Assembly (NCBI GenBank): GCA_051530055.1
Contig: CM121342.1
Coordinates: 7,882,691 to 7,946,690, forward strand
DNA: 64,000 nucleotides
Direction: 5' to 3'
Origin: Neoechinorhynchus agilis
Lineage: Eukaryota > Animalia > Acanthocephala
The notes below the pieces were generated by a model that saw only the letters and a program-made list of their open reading frames with translations, had not been told where the DNA came from and did no database searches. This document shows positions 1 to 12,676 of this stretch, in pieces (position 1 is the stretch's first letter; every line of letters starts with the position of its first letter). The position numbers were made by a program, and so were the translations under genes.

Positions 1-3000
1 TGGAATTAACGCATTTTTCTGTAGCGCACGAGTCTTTCCTGATAATCTACACCTCGTGAGTCTTTCGTGATAATCCCCCGATTATAAAACACGGGATTAA
101 CGGATTTTATTTGCAGCGAACGAGTTTTTCGTGATAATCTACAGCTCGTAAGTCCGTCGTGGTTAAAAAACTTATAATTAACGGATTTTTATGCAGCACG
201 CGAGTCTTTCGTTATAATCTACAGCTCGTGAGTCTTTCGTGATAATCTTCCGTGGTTATAAAACTTGGAATTAACGCATTTTTCTGTAGCGCACGAGTCC
301 TTCGTGATAATCTACAGCTCGTGAGCCTTTCGTGATAATCTACAGCGCACGAGTCTTTCCAGATAATCTACAGCTCCGTCATTTTGTCGAGATTCTAGCC
401 ATCAAAATCCATTAATCCCAAGTCTTATAATCGGAGAGATTATCACGAATCGCAATCCGAAGAGCGTGGGCGCTGAGTTGATTCCTTTATTAAAAAAATA
501 ACACAATTCGGAGTCTTTCGTGATAATCTACAGCTCGTGAGTCTTGAAATTAACGGATTTTTCTGTAGCGCACGAGTCTTTCGTGATAATCCCATTCAAA
601 ATCCAGAACTCGAATTCCAAGTCTTATAAGAGTGATCTCAACATTTTTATTCATTGAAAAAATCGCGACTCCGAATTGCGTTATTGATTTTGAATAAAAA
701 AATAACACGCCCACGTTCGGAGTCTTTCGTGATAATCCCCCCCGATTATAAGACTTGGAATTAACGGATTTTGATGGCTAGAATCTCGACAAAATGACGT
801 CTCAACATTTTGTCGAGATTCGTTAATTGATAAGACTTGAAATTAACGGATTTTTGTTCATGGCTAGAATCTCGACAAAATGGCGCAAAAATCCATCCGA
901 AAAATTCCAAGATGATCTCAAGGATTTTCGCAATCGAGATTCCATTGATTTTTTTATTCAAAAATCACGCGAATTCCGAATTGTGTTATTTTTTTGAATC
1001 TAAAAGATTATCACGAATCGCAATTTGAGGGCGAAGAGCGTGGGCGCTGAGTTGATTCTTTTATTCAAAAAATCTCCGAATAACACAATCTCTTGATTAT
1101 GATTCGTGATAATCCCTCCCCCGATTTTAAGACTTGTTCACGGATTTTTGATGGCTAGAATCTCGAAAAATGTTGAAAAATCATCAGTGATTCGCGAGAT
1201 TCCATTGAACAAAAATCAAAATCGTTAATTTTCCGGGAGATTATCACGAATGCAATCTCGCGTGGGCGATTCTGAGTTGATTCTTCCCCCGATTTTGAAA
1301 CTTGGAATTAACGGATTTTTTTTAGATTCCATTGAACGAGGCTCGAAATGAATCTCGAATCAAAATGGCGCATCAATCTTTCCGAAAAAGAATTTTTCCG
1401 TCATTTTGTGAGATCTCAATCAAATCCATCCGTTAATTCCAATTCCATTGAAGGGAAAAATCACGAATCGCACTCCGAATTGTGTTATTTTTTTTATAAA
1501 AGAATCAACTCAGCGCCCAGTCTTCGTGATTTTTGTTCAATAATCCCTCCCCCGATTATAAGACTTGGAATTAACGGATTTTGATGAGAATCTCGACAAA
1601 ATGACGGAAAAATCCATCCGAAAAAGAGTGATCTCAACATTTTAGATTCCATTGAACAAAAATCACGCGACTCCGAATTGTGTTATTTTTTTGAATAAAA
1701 GAATCAACTCAGCGCCCACGCTCTTCGGATTGCGATTCGTGATAATCCCTCCCGATTATAAGACTTGGAATTAACGGATTTTGATGGCTAGAATCTCGAC
1801 AAAATGGCGGAAAAATCCATCCGAAGAAGAGTGATCTCAACATTCTTTAGATTCCAATGAACAAAAATGTTGAGATCACGCGACTCCGAATTTTGTTATT
1901 TTTTTCTTGAATAAAAGAATCAACTCAGCGATTGATCCGAATCGCTCTTCGGATTGCGATTCGTGATAATCCCTCCCCGCGATTATAAGACTTGAAATTA
2001 ACGGATTTTGTCATTTCTAGAATCTCGACAAAATGACGCAAAAATCCATCCGAAAAGAGTGATCTCAACATTTTAGATTCCATTGAACAAAAATCACGCG
2101 ACTCCGAATTGTGTTATTTTTTTGAATAAAAGAATCAACTCAGCGCCCATCGCTCTTCGGATTGCGATTCGTGATAATCCCTCCCCCGATTATGAAACTT
2201 GGAATTAACGGATTTTGATGGCTAGAATCTCGACAAAAAAGAATGACGGAAAAATCCATCCGAAAAAGAGTGATCTCAACATTTTAGATTCCATTGAACA
2301 AAAATCACGCGACTCCGAATTGTGTTATTTTTTTGAATCAAAAGAATCAACTCAGCGCCCACGCTCTTCGGATTGCGATTCGTGATAATCCCTCCCCGAT
2401 TATAAGACTTGGAATTAACGGATTTCACGATGGCTAGAATCTCGACAAAATGGCGCAAAAATCCATCCGAAAAAGAGTGATCTCAACATTTTTAGATTCC
2501 ATTGAACAAAAATCACGCGACTCCGAATTGTGTTATTTTTTTGAATAAAAGAATCAACTCAGCGCCCCGACGCTCTTCGGATTGCGATTCGTGATAATCC
2601 CTCCCCCGATTATAATGACTTGAATTAACGGATTTTGATGGCTAGAATCTCGACAAATCGGGGATGACGGAAAAATCCATCCGAAAAAGAGTGATCTCAA
2701 CATTTTTAGATTCCATTGAACAAAAATCACGCGACTCCGAATTGTGTTATTTTTTGAATAAAAGAATCAACTCAGCGCCCACGCTCTTCGGATTGCGATT
2801 CGTGATAATCCCTCCCCCGATTATAAGACTTGGAATTAACGGATTTTGATTGCTAGAATCTCGACAAAATGACGGAAAAATCCATCCGAAAAAGAGTGAT
2901 CTCAACATTTTTAGATTCCATTGAACAAAAATCACGCGACTCCGAATTGTGTTATTTTTTTGAATAAAAGAATCAACTCAGCGCCCACGCTCTTCGGATT

Positions 3001-6000
3001 GCGATTCGTGATAATCCCTCCCCCGATTATAAGACTTGGAATTAACGGATTTTGATGGCTAGAATCTCGACAAAATGACGCAAAAATCCATCCGAAAAAG
3101 AGTGATCTCAACATTTTTAGATTCCATTGAACAAAAATCACGCGACTCAGAATTGTGTTATTTTTTAAATGACGGAAAAATCCATCCGAAAAAGAGTGAT
3201 CTCAACATTTTAGATTCCATTGAACAAAAATCACGCGACTCAGAATTGTGTTATTTTTTGAATAAAAGAATCGACTCAGCGCCCACGCTCTTCGGATTGC
3301 GATTCGTGATAATCCCTCCCCCGATTATAAGACTTGGAATTAACGGATTTGGATGGCTAGAATCTCGACAAAATGACGGAAAAATCCATCCGAAAAAGAG
3401 TGATCTCAACATTTTTAGATTCCATTGAACAAAAATCACGCGTCTCCTAATTGTGTTATTTTTTTGAATAAAAGAATTAACTCAGCGCCCACGCTCTTCG
3501 GATTGCGATTCGTGATAATCCATCCCCCGATTATAAGACTTGGAATTAACGGATTTGGATGGCTAGAATCTCGACAAAATGACGGAAAAATCCATCCGAA
3601 AAAGAGTGATCTCAACATTTTAGATTCCATTGAACAAAAATCACGCGACTCAGAATTGTGTTATTTTTTTGAATAAAAGAATCAACTCAGCGCCCACGCT
3701 CTTCGGATTGCGATTCGTGATAATCCTTCCACCGATTATAAGACTTGGAATTAACGGATTTTGATTGCAAGAATCTCGACAAAATGACGGAAAAATCGAT
3801 CCGAAAAAGAGTGATCTCAACATTTTAGATTCCATTGAACAAAAATAACGCGACTCCGAATTGTGTTATTTTTTTGAATAAAAGAATCAACTCAGCGCCC
3901 ACGCTCTTCGGATTGCGATTCGTGATAATCTCTCCCCCGATTATAAGACTTGGAATTTACGGATTTTGATGGCTAGAATCTCGGCAAAATGACGGAAAAA
4001 TCCATCCGAAGAAGAGTGATCTCAACATTTTAGATTCCATTGAACAAAAATAACGCGACTCCGAATTGTGTTATTTTTTTGAATAAAAGAATCAACTCAG
4101 CGCCCACGCTCTTCGGATTGCGATTCGTGATAATCAATCCCCCGATTATAAGACTTGGAATTAACGGATTTTGATTGCTAGAATCTTTACAAAATGACGG
4201 AAAAATCCATCCGAAAAAGAGTGATCTCAACATTTTAGATTCCATTGAACAAAAATCACGCGACTCCGAATTGTGTTATTTTTTTGAATAAAAGAATCAA
4301 CTCAGCGCCCACGCTCTTCGGATTGCGATTCGTGATAATCCCTCCCCCGATTATGAAACTTGGAATTAACGGATTTTGATTGCAAGAATCTCGACAAAAT
4401 GACGGAAAAATCGATCCGAAAAAGAGCTATCTCAACATTTTTAGATTCCATTGAACAAAAATCACGCGACTCAGAATTGTGTTATTTTTTTGAATAAAAG
4501 AATCAACTCAGCGCCCACGCTCTTCGGATTGCGATTCGTGATAATCCTTCCCCCGATTATAAGACTTGGAATTAACGGATTTTGATTGCAAGAATCTCGA
4601 CAAAATGACGGAAAAATCCCTCCGAAAAAGAGTGATCTCAACATTTTAGATTCCATTGAACAAAAATCCCGCGACTCCGAATTGTGTTATTTTTTTGAAT
4701 AAAAGAATCAACTCCAGCGCCCACGCTCTTCGGATTGCGATTCGTGATAATCCCTCCCCGATTATAAGACTTGGAATTAACGGATTTTGATTGCAAGAAT
4801 CTCGAAAAAATGACGGAAAAATCCATCCGAAGAAGAGTGATCTCAACATTTTAGATTCCATTGAACAAAAATAACGCGACTCCGAATTGTGTTATTTTTT
4901 TGAATAAAAGAATCAACTCAGCGCCCACGCTCTTCGGATTGCGATTCGTGATAATCCCTCCCCCGATTATAAGACTTGGAATTAACGGATTTTGATGGCT
5001 AGAATCTCGAAAAAATGACGGAAAAATCCATCCGAAGAAGAGTGATCTCAACATTTTAGATTCCATTGAACAAAAATAACGCGACTCCGAATTGTGTTAT
5101 TTTTTTGAATAAAAGAATCAACTCAGCGCCCACGCTCTTCGGATTGCGATTCGTGATAATCAATCCCCCGATTATAAGACTTGGAATTAACGGATTTTGA
5201 TGCCTAGAAACTCGACAAAATGACGGAAAAATCCATCCGAAAAATAGTGATCTCAACATTTTAGATTCCATTGAACAAAAATCACGCGACTCCGAATTGT
5301 GTTATTTTTTTGAATAAAAGAATCAACTCAGCGCCCGCGCTCTTCGGATTGCGATTCGTGATAATCCCTCCCCCGATTATGAAACTTGGAATTAACGGAT
5401 TTTGATTGCAAGAATCTCGACAAAATGACGGAAAAATGGATCCGAAAAAGAGTGATCTCAACATTTTAGATTCCATTGAACAAAAATCACGCGACTCAGA
5501 ATTGTGTTATTTTTTTGAATAAAAGAATCAACTCCGCGCCCACGCTCTTCGGATTGCGATTCGTGATAATCCCTCCCCCGATTATGAAACTTACGGAATT
5601 AACGAATTTTGATTGCAAAATCTCGAAAAAATGACGGAAAAATCCATCCGAAAGAAGAGTGATCTCAACATTTTAGATTCCATTGAACAAAAATAACGCG
5701 ACTCGAATTGTGTTATTTTTTTGAATAAAAGAATCAACTCAGCGCCCACGCTCTTCGGATTGCGATTCGTTATAATCCCTCCCCCGATTATGAAACTTGG
5801 AATTAACGGATTTTGATTGCAAGAATCTCGACAAAATGACGGAAAAATCGATCCGAAAAAGTGTGATCTCAACATTTTAGATTCCATTGAACAAAAATAA
5901 CGCGACTCCAGTTATGTTATTTTTTGTATAAAAAGTCAACTCAGCGCCCACGCTCTTCGGATTGCGATTCGTGATAATCAATCCCCGATTATAAGACTTG

Positions 6001-6990
6001 AGATGTAACGGATTTTGATTGCAAAATCGAAAAATGACGGAAAAATCCATCGAAGAAGGTGATCTCAACATTTAGATTCCATTGAACAAAAATAACGCGA
6101 CTCCGAATTGTGTTATTTTTTTGAATAAAAGAATCAACTCAGCGCCCGCACTCTTCGGATTGCGATTCGTGATAATCAATCCCCCGATTATAAGACTTGG
6201 AATTAACGGATTTCGATGGCTAGAATCTCGAAAAAATGACGGAAAAATCCATCCGAAGAAGAGTGATCTCAACATTTTTAGATTCCATTGAACAAAAATA
6301 ACGCGACTCCGAATTGTGTTATTTTTTTGAATAAAAGAATCAACTCAGCGCCCACGCTCTTCTGATTGCGATATTCGTGATAATCAATCCCCGATTATAA
6401 GACTTGAATTAACGGATTTTGATGGCTAGAATCTCGACAAAATGACGGAAAATCCATCCGAAAAAGGTGATCTCAACCTTTTAGATTCCATTGAACAAAA
6501 TCACACGAATTGTGTTATTTTTTGAATAAAAGAATCAACTCAGCGCCCACGCTCTTCGACGTGATAATCCCTCCCCCGATTATAAGACTTGGAATTAACG
6601 GATTTTGATGGCTAGAATCTCGACAAAATGACGGAAAAATCCATCCGAAAAAGAGTGATCTCAACATTTTTAGATTCCATTGAACAAAAATCACGCGACT
6701 CCGAATTGTGTTATTTTTTTGAATAAAAGAATCAACTCAGCGCCCACGCTCTTCGGATTGCGATTCGTGATAATCCCTCCCCCGATTATAAGACTTGGAA
6801 TTAACGGATTTTGATGGCTAGAATCTCGACAAAATGACGGAAAAATCCATCCGAAAAAGAGTGATCTCAACATTTTAGATTCCATTGAACAAAAATCACG
6901 CGACTCCGAATTGTGTTATTTTTTTGAATAAAAGAATCAACTCAGCGCCCACGCTCTTCGGATTGCGATTCGTGATAATCCCTCCCCCGA
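1..6990. repeat. ~205-bp tandem satellite array (regular from ~1.7 kb; scrambled and partly inverted in 1-1700); runs off the window start
   Basis: Unit ttttagattccattgaacaaaaatcacgcgactccgaattgtg...gagtgatctcaaca recurs; identical spurious ORFs are offset by 205 nt (4851/5056). Confidence 0.97.
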
Positions 6991-7045
6991 ACTTGGAATT
7001 AAAGGAGGCGAAAGGCTTTGTGGATCTCTACGAGAATCTACGTTT

Positions 7046-7525
7046 TTATTTGTGTTTTTTGGCGGACAAGATCGAATTTTTTCCTGCGTCCATAATTTGT
7101 TTCATTTCAAAATTGAATAATGCATACGAAGTGATGAATCCTACAGTCATCGCGGTAAGCGCACCTTTCCCTTTGGCCATAATCCCATTCTTAGTAGCTC
7201 CACGGACACAAAGAGCGTATCCAGCGAATGCTGAAGTGCCAATAAAGCCCAATTTCAGAATTGAAATTCTCGGCGATGTGTCGTCTCTGAATTCCGCGAC
7301 CTTTTGTCCATAATTCGTCAAAGTGGAATACCATTGAGGTTTAAGACTGCGTTCCATGATACGAAGAACACTTGATGTTGCTCGCTCAATTGGTGCAGGA
7401 GCTCTCGATATTGGCGGAGACACGAGATCTTCATAATGAAATTGAACCTTTCCTCCTTAAAGGTCCAATTTCTTCTAAATGTCGTCGTTGGACGGATAAA
7501 TGGTGAGACCATCAGTGCCTTTCAT
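7046..7525 (-). CDS. ApoO-family MICOS subunit (MIC26/MIC27-like); 5' exon structure uncertain
   Basis: KLGFIGTSAFAGYALCVRG...ALTAMTVGFITSY resembles the ApoO two-helix GxxxG segment (RLGVIGFAGLIGLLLARG); upstream DGLTIYP resembles the LxIY motif. Confidence 0.55.
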
Positions 7526-7647
7526 ATTGCGAGTGCAGGAATTGTTAGGGAATAATGTGATATCTCTTTTTTTGAAGAACCGGATCGGCACAGAAAGTTT
7601 CACTGTTAAATGCTCTTTGATTTGTTCTTTTTTTAGCGAAAAATCAT

Positions 7648-9356
7648 ATGAACAGGGAACCAGTAGAAGAATCTGATTTCTTCGAAGGTGATGGATTGAT
7701 TGAGCGAACGAGTTTGCCGAGAGTAGATCATTATCTACTCGCTTCACATGAAAGTTCTTTTAATCTCAATGACGATGCTATCGATTTGTTCGACGTTGAT
7801 TTCGATTCCGCATATAATCTATTCAAAAAACAAGAAGGTCAGTTGGATGATTGAACGTCTTTCAAAATCTCTCTAATTGTGATTTAACTGTTTTGTGGTG
7901 GAGAAATTAAAATGATTTGAGGTTGATCGAAAGCCGCGTACGAGATTGTGTGCCTCCGAAACCAATCGGATTTTAATTTCTTCGCGCCATAAAACAACCA
8001 AAATATGAACAGTTCAATCTTCAAACAATCGTGATTTAGACGAAAAAGGATTTGAGCGATTTCTGGACTCTGTTTGTGACGGTTCAAAGGTATCGCTTTT
8101 TGATCAATAGTAGAATGTTTAAGCAAAGAATTTAGGTATCCAAATCGTCTCTTCTAAAAAGGTACAAGGCTTTGTGCGAGGAACTTAGCCGTTTGGAGAT
8201 TGAACTTGGTGAAGATGAGAAAATTCCTCGCGAAGGGCTAGTCAACGACGATTTGCGATTTGGATTGTTTGTCTAAAAATAATCGAAACTCGTCCAAATC
8301 TCGAGAGTCCGACCTTCTTTCCATTCTTGAATCTTCTTCTAACGTTAAAATGGAACCGGCCGTTGATCTAGAACCTAGCGATCCAATTGGCGATATAAAG
8401 CTCGAAATGATTGACGCAAGGCTCGCTAAGCTCGAGCGGTCAGTGATGGGTCCACATTCCGTTGACGGAGTGATGGTAAGTGCCGAATTGAAGGATTTTA
8501 AAAGGCGGTTTTAGTCACATCTAGTTTTAGACTTGGCTTACTGAAGACATTCAGGACGACAAAACTTTGATTGTAAGAGAAACTGTTGCCTATTTTAGAT
8601 ACATAAGTGCAAAATAACTGAAGCGCTTGACTAAGTCAAAGTATTCCGGGTTTTTAAACTTGATTTCTATGGTTCTTTTAGTACCAAAAGCTTTGTACTC
8701 TGATATCAGTAGCAGGCTTAATGAAGATACTAGTTTAAAATAATAGTTTTAGACTACAAATGTGCTTAATATGATTCGTTTTCCTCACAGGCCGCCGCTC
8801 GAAACCTGAAATCAACGATTCAATCACTAGACTGCTCATCAGCTATCAACTCTGAAGCCGTACAGTCCTTTCTCGCATCAATATCTAAACTTCCAGACCG
8901 ATCACAGTTGGCGGATGAACTCCAAAACGAAAAAGTTAATGAGACTTTTTTGATAAATTAATATATTTTTGCATCTCAGGTTAAAGTTCTTAGTGAAATG
9001 ATCCGGAAGTTCGACTCGAATGCCGATCTTATCCCAATGTTAATGGACAGACTCGCTACACTAAAATCGGTCCATCAAAGAGGTTAGCTTCTCTTATTCA
9101 CAATCGAATCAAAAATCCATTCAAATAGTATCGTCATTTGATGAGCTCTTGAACACTGTGGATTCAGACCAGAGTATTCTAAAGAACCTATTGAGTTCTA
9201 TAAATGAAAATATAGATCGGGTAATACCAAAGGTCTTTAACGTCTTTTCATTTATGTTTTCAGCTTAAAGAACATGTCCAACAAAGTCTAACGGAATACG
9301 GTAGCAAACTTGATGAGTGCTCTAAACTTATATCTCTTAAAATGAACAAGGATTAA
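7648..9356 (+). CDS. DCTN2: Dynactin subunit 2 (p50/dynamitin), multi-exon
   Basis: IDLFDVDFDSAYNLFK ~ VEHIIVNPNAAYDKFK; LKRYKALCEELSRL ~ QKYQRLLHEVQEL; IDARLAKLERSV; LIPMLMDRLATLKSVHQ...SFDELLNTVDSDQ ~ [32 protein letters not shown]; short GT-AG introns; stop 9354-9356. Confidence 0.85.
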
Positions 9357-9730
9357 CTGCTTACTACTTTGAATTCTACGAGCACCGTTAAGCGGAACTT
9401 TGTAAACACACTTAGATTTTCATTTTTGATGAGAAAATGACCCGATCTCAAAAATAATACACAAATTTATTAGCATTTGAACGGTCGAAATTCCTATCTG
9501 TTCTCTTCTTCATTCTGCTTATAAAAGGACAATTACTCAGACTTTATAATTCAACTTCCGAAATATCATTTGAAGTTTATCGTCTTTCACAGTATAAAAT
9601 TTCCTTATCTTCGGACTGCGATTCCTCTTATTTCCAAAAAGCTGGACTTTTTCAACTTCTTGCTTGTCTTAAAAATCAATAGAATTATTCTTTCCTTTTC
9701 CTACTTTTAATTCTTTTTTACTGTCGTATT

Positions 9731-10615
9731 TTAGGCCAATTTTTCCAATTGACATAACTTTTCAGTAACTTCTTCAAGCTGTAATCGAAGACACTCCTTG
9801 GATTCTGCAATATCCTTCACTTTTTGTCTCTCCAAAGACAGCTCCACTTTTAAATGCTCGTTTTGTTCAATCAAACTTTTTAAATTCATGAGTGCATCCG
9901 AACAAGACTTTGTCTTGATAGAGAGCTCATCTTTAAGGCGTTTGTTGTCCTGAATTAAATAAGCCATCCGTTTCTCGAATTCAATGACGTTACTCGAATT
10001 TCGTTCATTCTTGATATCTTCTTTTGCCGCATGATCTTCCGATTTCGTATAATTCGATTCATGGTCATTTTCCGACAAATTCCTAACATTATTTGTTTTC
10101 ATTTTGTTAAGGAGATCCGCAACCTTTCGGTGTTCACTTCTCGCCGATCTTTTGGTTGCATCTGTAATCGCACCTCTGAGTAAAACTTCACGATAATCAT
10201 TATCATTCATCGTCAGGATTGAGATGAGACCAACCAAAAAGTCCTGCTCGTCCTCGCTGAGCTTTTGGCAAACTTCAAGAAAAAATGGGTTTACTTCTTG
10301 AGTCGAAAGTCCATAAGAAATAAACATTAGAAATAAAATAACACGTCCAATTGGTTCATTTATTTGAAGGCTCATTTGAAAATGGGTTTCTAGAAATTTC
10401 TTGATTTCTCCAGGCTTCTTTCCTTTCAATTCAAAATTAGGATTCATTGAGCTCTCCAGAACTTGTTTGCAAATATCGTTCAAAACATTGTACAAAATGT
10501 TAACATCATTTGACGTGAAACAGCGCCTTATTTTGCTTTTTAGTGGCGAAGTTTTTGACATCGCAATGAGCGCCCAGTTTGTTAAGGTTAACTGAGTAGA
10601 AGAATTTAATATCAT
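9731..10615 (-). CDS. HOOK/NuMA/CCDC88-type N-terminal CH-like domain plus coiled coil; may continue in further 3' exons
   Basis: EPIGRVILFLMFISYG...FLEVCQKLSEDEQDFLVGLISIL resembles HOOK ELGRLLQLILGCAINC...IQNIMTLEESVQHVVMTAIQEL; heptad-rich C-terminus. Confidence 0.6.
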   Translation of the reverse strand: MILNSSTQLTLTNWALIAMSKTSPLKSKIRRCFTSNDVNILYNVLNDICKQVLESSMNPNFELKGKKPGEIKKFLETHFQMSLQINEPIGRVILFLMFISYGLSTQEVNPFFLEVCQKLSEDEQDFLVGLISILTMNDNDYREVLLRGAITDATKRSARSEHRKVADLLNKMKTNNVRNLSENDHESNYTKSEDHAAKEDIKNERNSSNVIEFEKRMAYLIQDNKRLKDELSIKTKSCSDALMNLKSLIEQNEHLKVELSLERQKVKDIAESKECLRLQLEEVTEKLCQLEKLA

Positions 10616-10632
10616 CGCAATAAGAATATTCT

Positions 10633-12500
10633 ATGAAGGTTTGAAAGATTTGGAGTTGTGTGATATTTTGCTTTACAGCTATCGAGGAATCTAAGGCAGG
10701 ATCTAAACTTTGGTCTTCTTAGAGCAATAAGAGATCGGGACGGTCATTTCGTTTATGTAAATGTTTTTAAAATCCTTTTCCGAAAATTGTTTTCTATAAA
10801 ACAAGTTTACGAAAACGTTTTTTGGTTTAAAAAGACTGTTGAGGTTTTAGTTTGAATTGAATAACATTAAGAATATAACAAAAAATCTAAAATCCTTAGT
10901 GGTTTTTTAAATTAATTGAAAAGAATCGCGACTTTATAAAGGTTTGAAAAAAGCTTTGAAATTGTTGAATGTAGGTACCAAATTTTACAGAGAGATTTAT
11001 CTCGTAAGTATTTAAAAAGCCATCTTCCAAATAGAAGAAAGTTTTTTAAGGGATTGAAAAGTAAGTGCAAAAGTAGAAACGGACCAATTCTTTGTGGGAA
11101 TCAACTTTTCGAAACGAAATGATGTTGCGCTCAGGCTTTTAATTTCAAGACGCAATTTCTTGCGACATTCGCAGAAATTCGGGGCCCAATGGTCGATCGA
11201 AAATGAGAGATACCATTAATGATAGATAAATAAATTCTTAGTATTAATTCAGGAAGCTTGAGAAGTGGAGCAAATGCTTAAATGATGGAAATTTTTCAGA
11301 TTCTAATAATATGGAATTTTTTCAAACAGTTTCGGATGAGCCACGAATGCTGGATAAATTCGTGGTGATAATTCGGATAGCAAGAATTGTGGAAAATTTG
11401 TCCGAGGTGGATTACTTGTCAAAACGATGAAAAATTTAAAAATTTTAAAAATTGGACTTTTTTAAAGATTTCTCGTGAGCCATAAATCCTTAATAAATTA
11501 GCAAAAAAAATTGAGAAATAAAAAATCTGGTAAAATTCGTTGATTAATTTTTCGCAATCTTCGTGTGATTCAGCTTTAGAATCAGATCGAATCTAGAACA
11601 AAGATTGTCTTTCACTTGTTTTATCTTTGCCATCAAGCGTGGAAAGTGTTTTTAAGATTTAAATATTTTACGGTCCACAGCTTTTTGTTAAAGGTTTTAA
11701 AAGACACGGTACCATCTTTGGAATAAATGGGCGGTAATTCTCTAGCGAATATTTTTCGTCCAATTTCTTTAATGCTTTCAAAGGCAAGTAATAAATTGGG
11801 GATGTGAAATTACGAAGCTGTTATAATTTTCCGTTGAAAACTTTAGAGAAAAACAAAGTTTAATGATGGAAATTAGTAGAAAATTGCTTCTTTATCGTAT
11901 GGACAGGATAAGCGAGTGTATTAAGAAAGTCGAAACAAAAGATAATCGTAAGGCAGTTTACAAAGGCCGTTAAGAGGCAAGTATGCTTTCTTGTGTTGAT
12001 TTGCTACACTAATAGGTCAGGCGTAACCTCGGATGCTGATTGGCGACAGCGATAAAAGTCTGCGATTTCATGGATCGAAATGGAAAGATTAAATAAATGT
12101 AAAATTTTTTAAAACAATTAATATGGAAGCTTAAAATACGAATATAGAGAACTGCGAAAACAACTTTTAGATGGGTACATCTTAGATAATAGATCTTTTT
12201 TTCTCTTCAAAATATAGAGAAATCAGTTGTTTAGCCTCATATAAAATAAACGCTTCAAAGAAAAAGTTATTTAAAAGGGCATGGAAAAAAAACTGATTTT
12301 TAAATCAATCAATCGATTGTATGTCGATCAAAACACTTATAAAACAAATGCGTTGCGAGATGCACGAAAGAATCAATGCTCGATTGGTAATTGGAAATCT
12401 ATTGGTCACTTGGGAATATTAAGAAAATTTAAACAAAAATGTCTGCCTTTCATACACTTGGCGAAAAAACCAAACATTGACAAACAGATAAAATACTGAA
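10633..12500 (+). CDS. Uncharacterised multi-exon gene with micro-exons (weak HAUS6/Dgt6-like resemblance); 3' end unresolved
   Basis: Phase-consistent GT-AG chain from ATG 10633: MK|LSRNLRQDLNFGLLRAIRDRDGHFVYVNVFKILFRKLFSIKQVYENVFWFKKTVE|WFFKLIEKNRDFIK|RDLS|RIE|...KLEKWSKCLNDG...DKFVVIIRIARIVENLSE. Confidence 0.55.
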
Positions 12501-12676
12501 GCTGGTAAGACACCATTTTCAAATCTATCAAAGAGATCGAAAAAATCATTAATCTTTCCGATTTGTCATATGTTCTCAAAACGTTGACTTAGCCGCTAAT
12601 TCATTTTCCGCTGCTTTGTGGTCAGACTGTAGTGAGATTTATGTGCAATTTACGAGTACAAAAGGAAGAATTTCGT

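Noticed and set aside
761-6885. Many 60-140 aa ORFs in the 205-bp array (also in the 99-bp and 89-bp arrays)
   Set aside because: They are translations of satellite monomers, broken by frequent indels, with no protein features.
8240-8310. DCTN2 as a pseudogene because of a frame break
   Set aside because: Compatible GT-AG introns (68 or 99 nt) or one extra T in a run explain it; the rest of the gene is intact.
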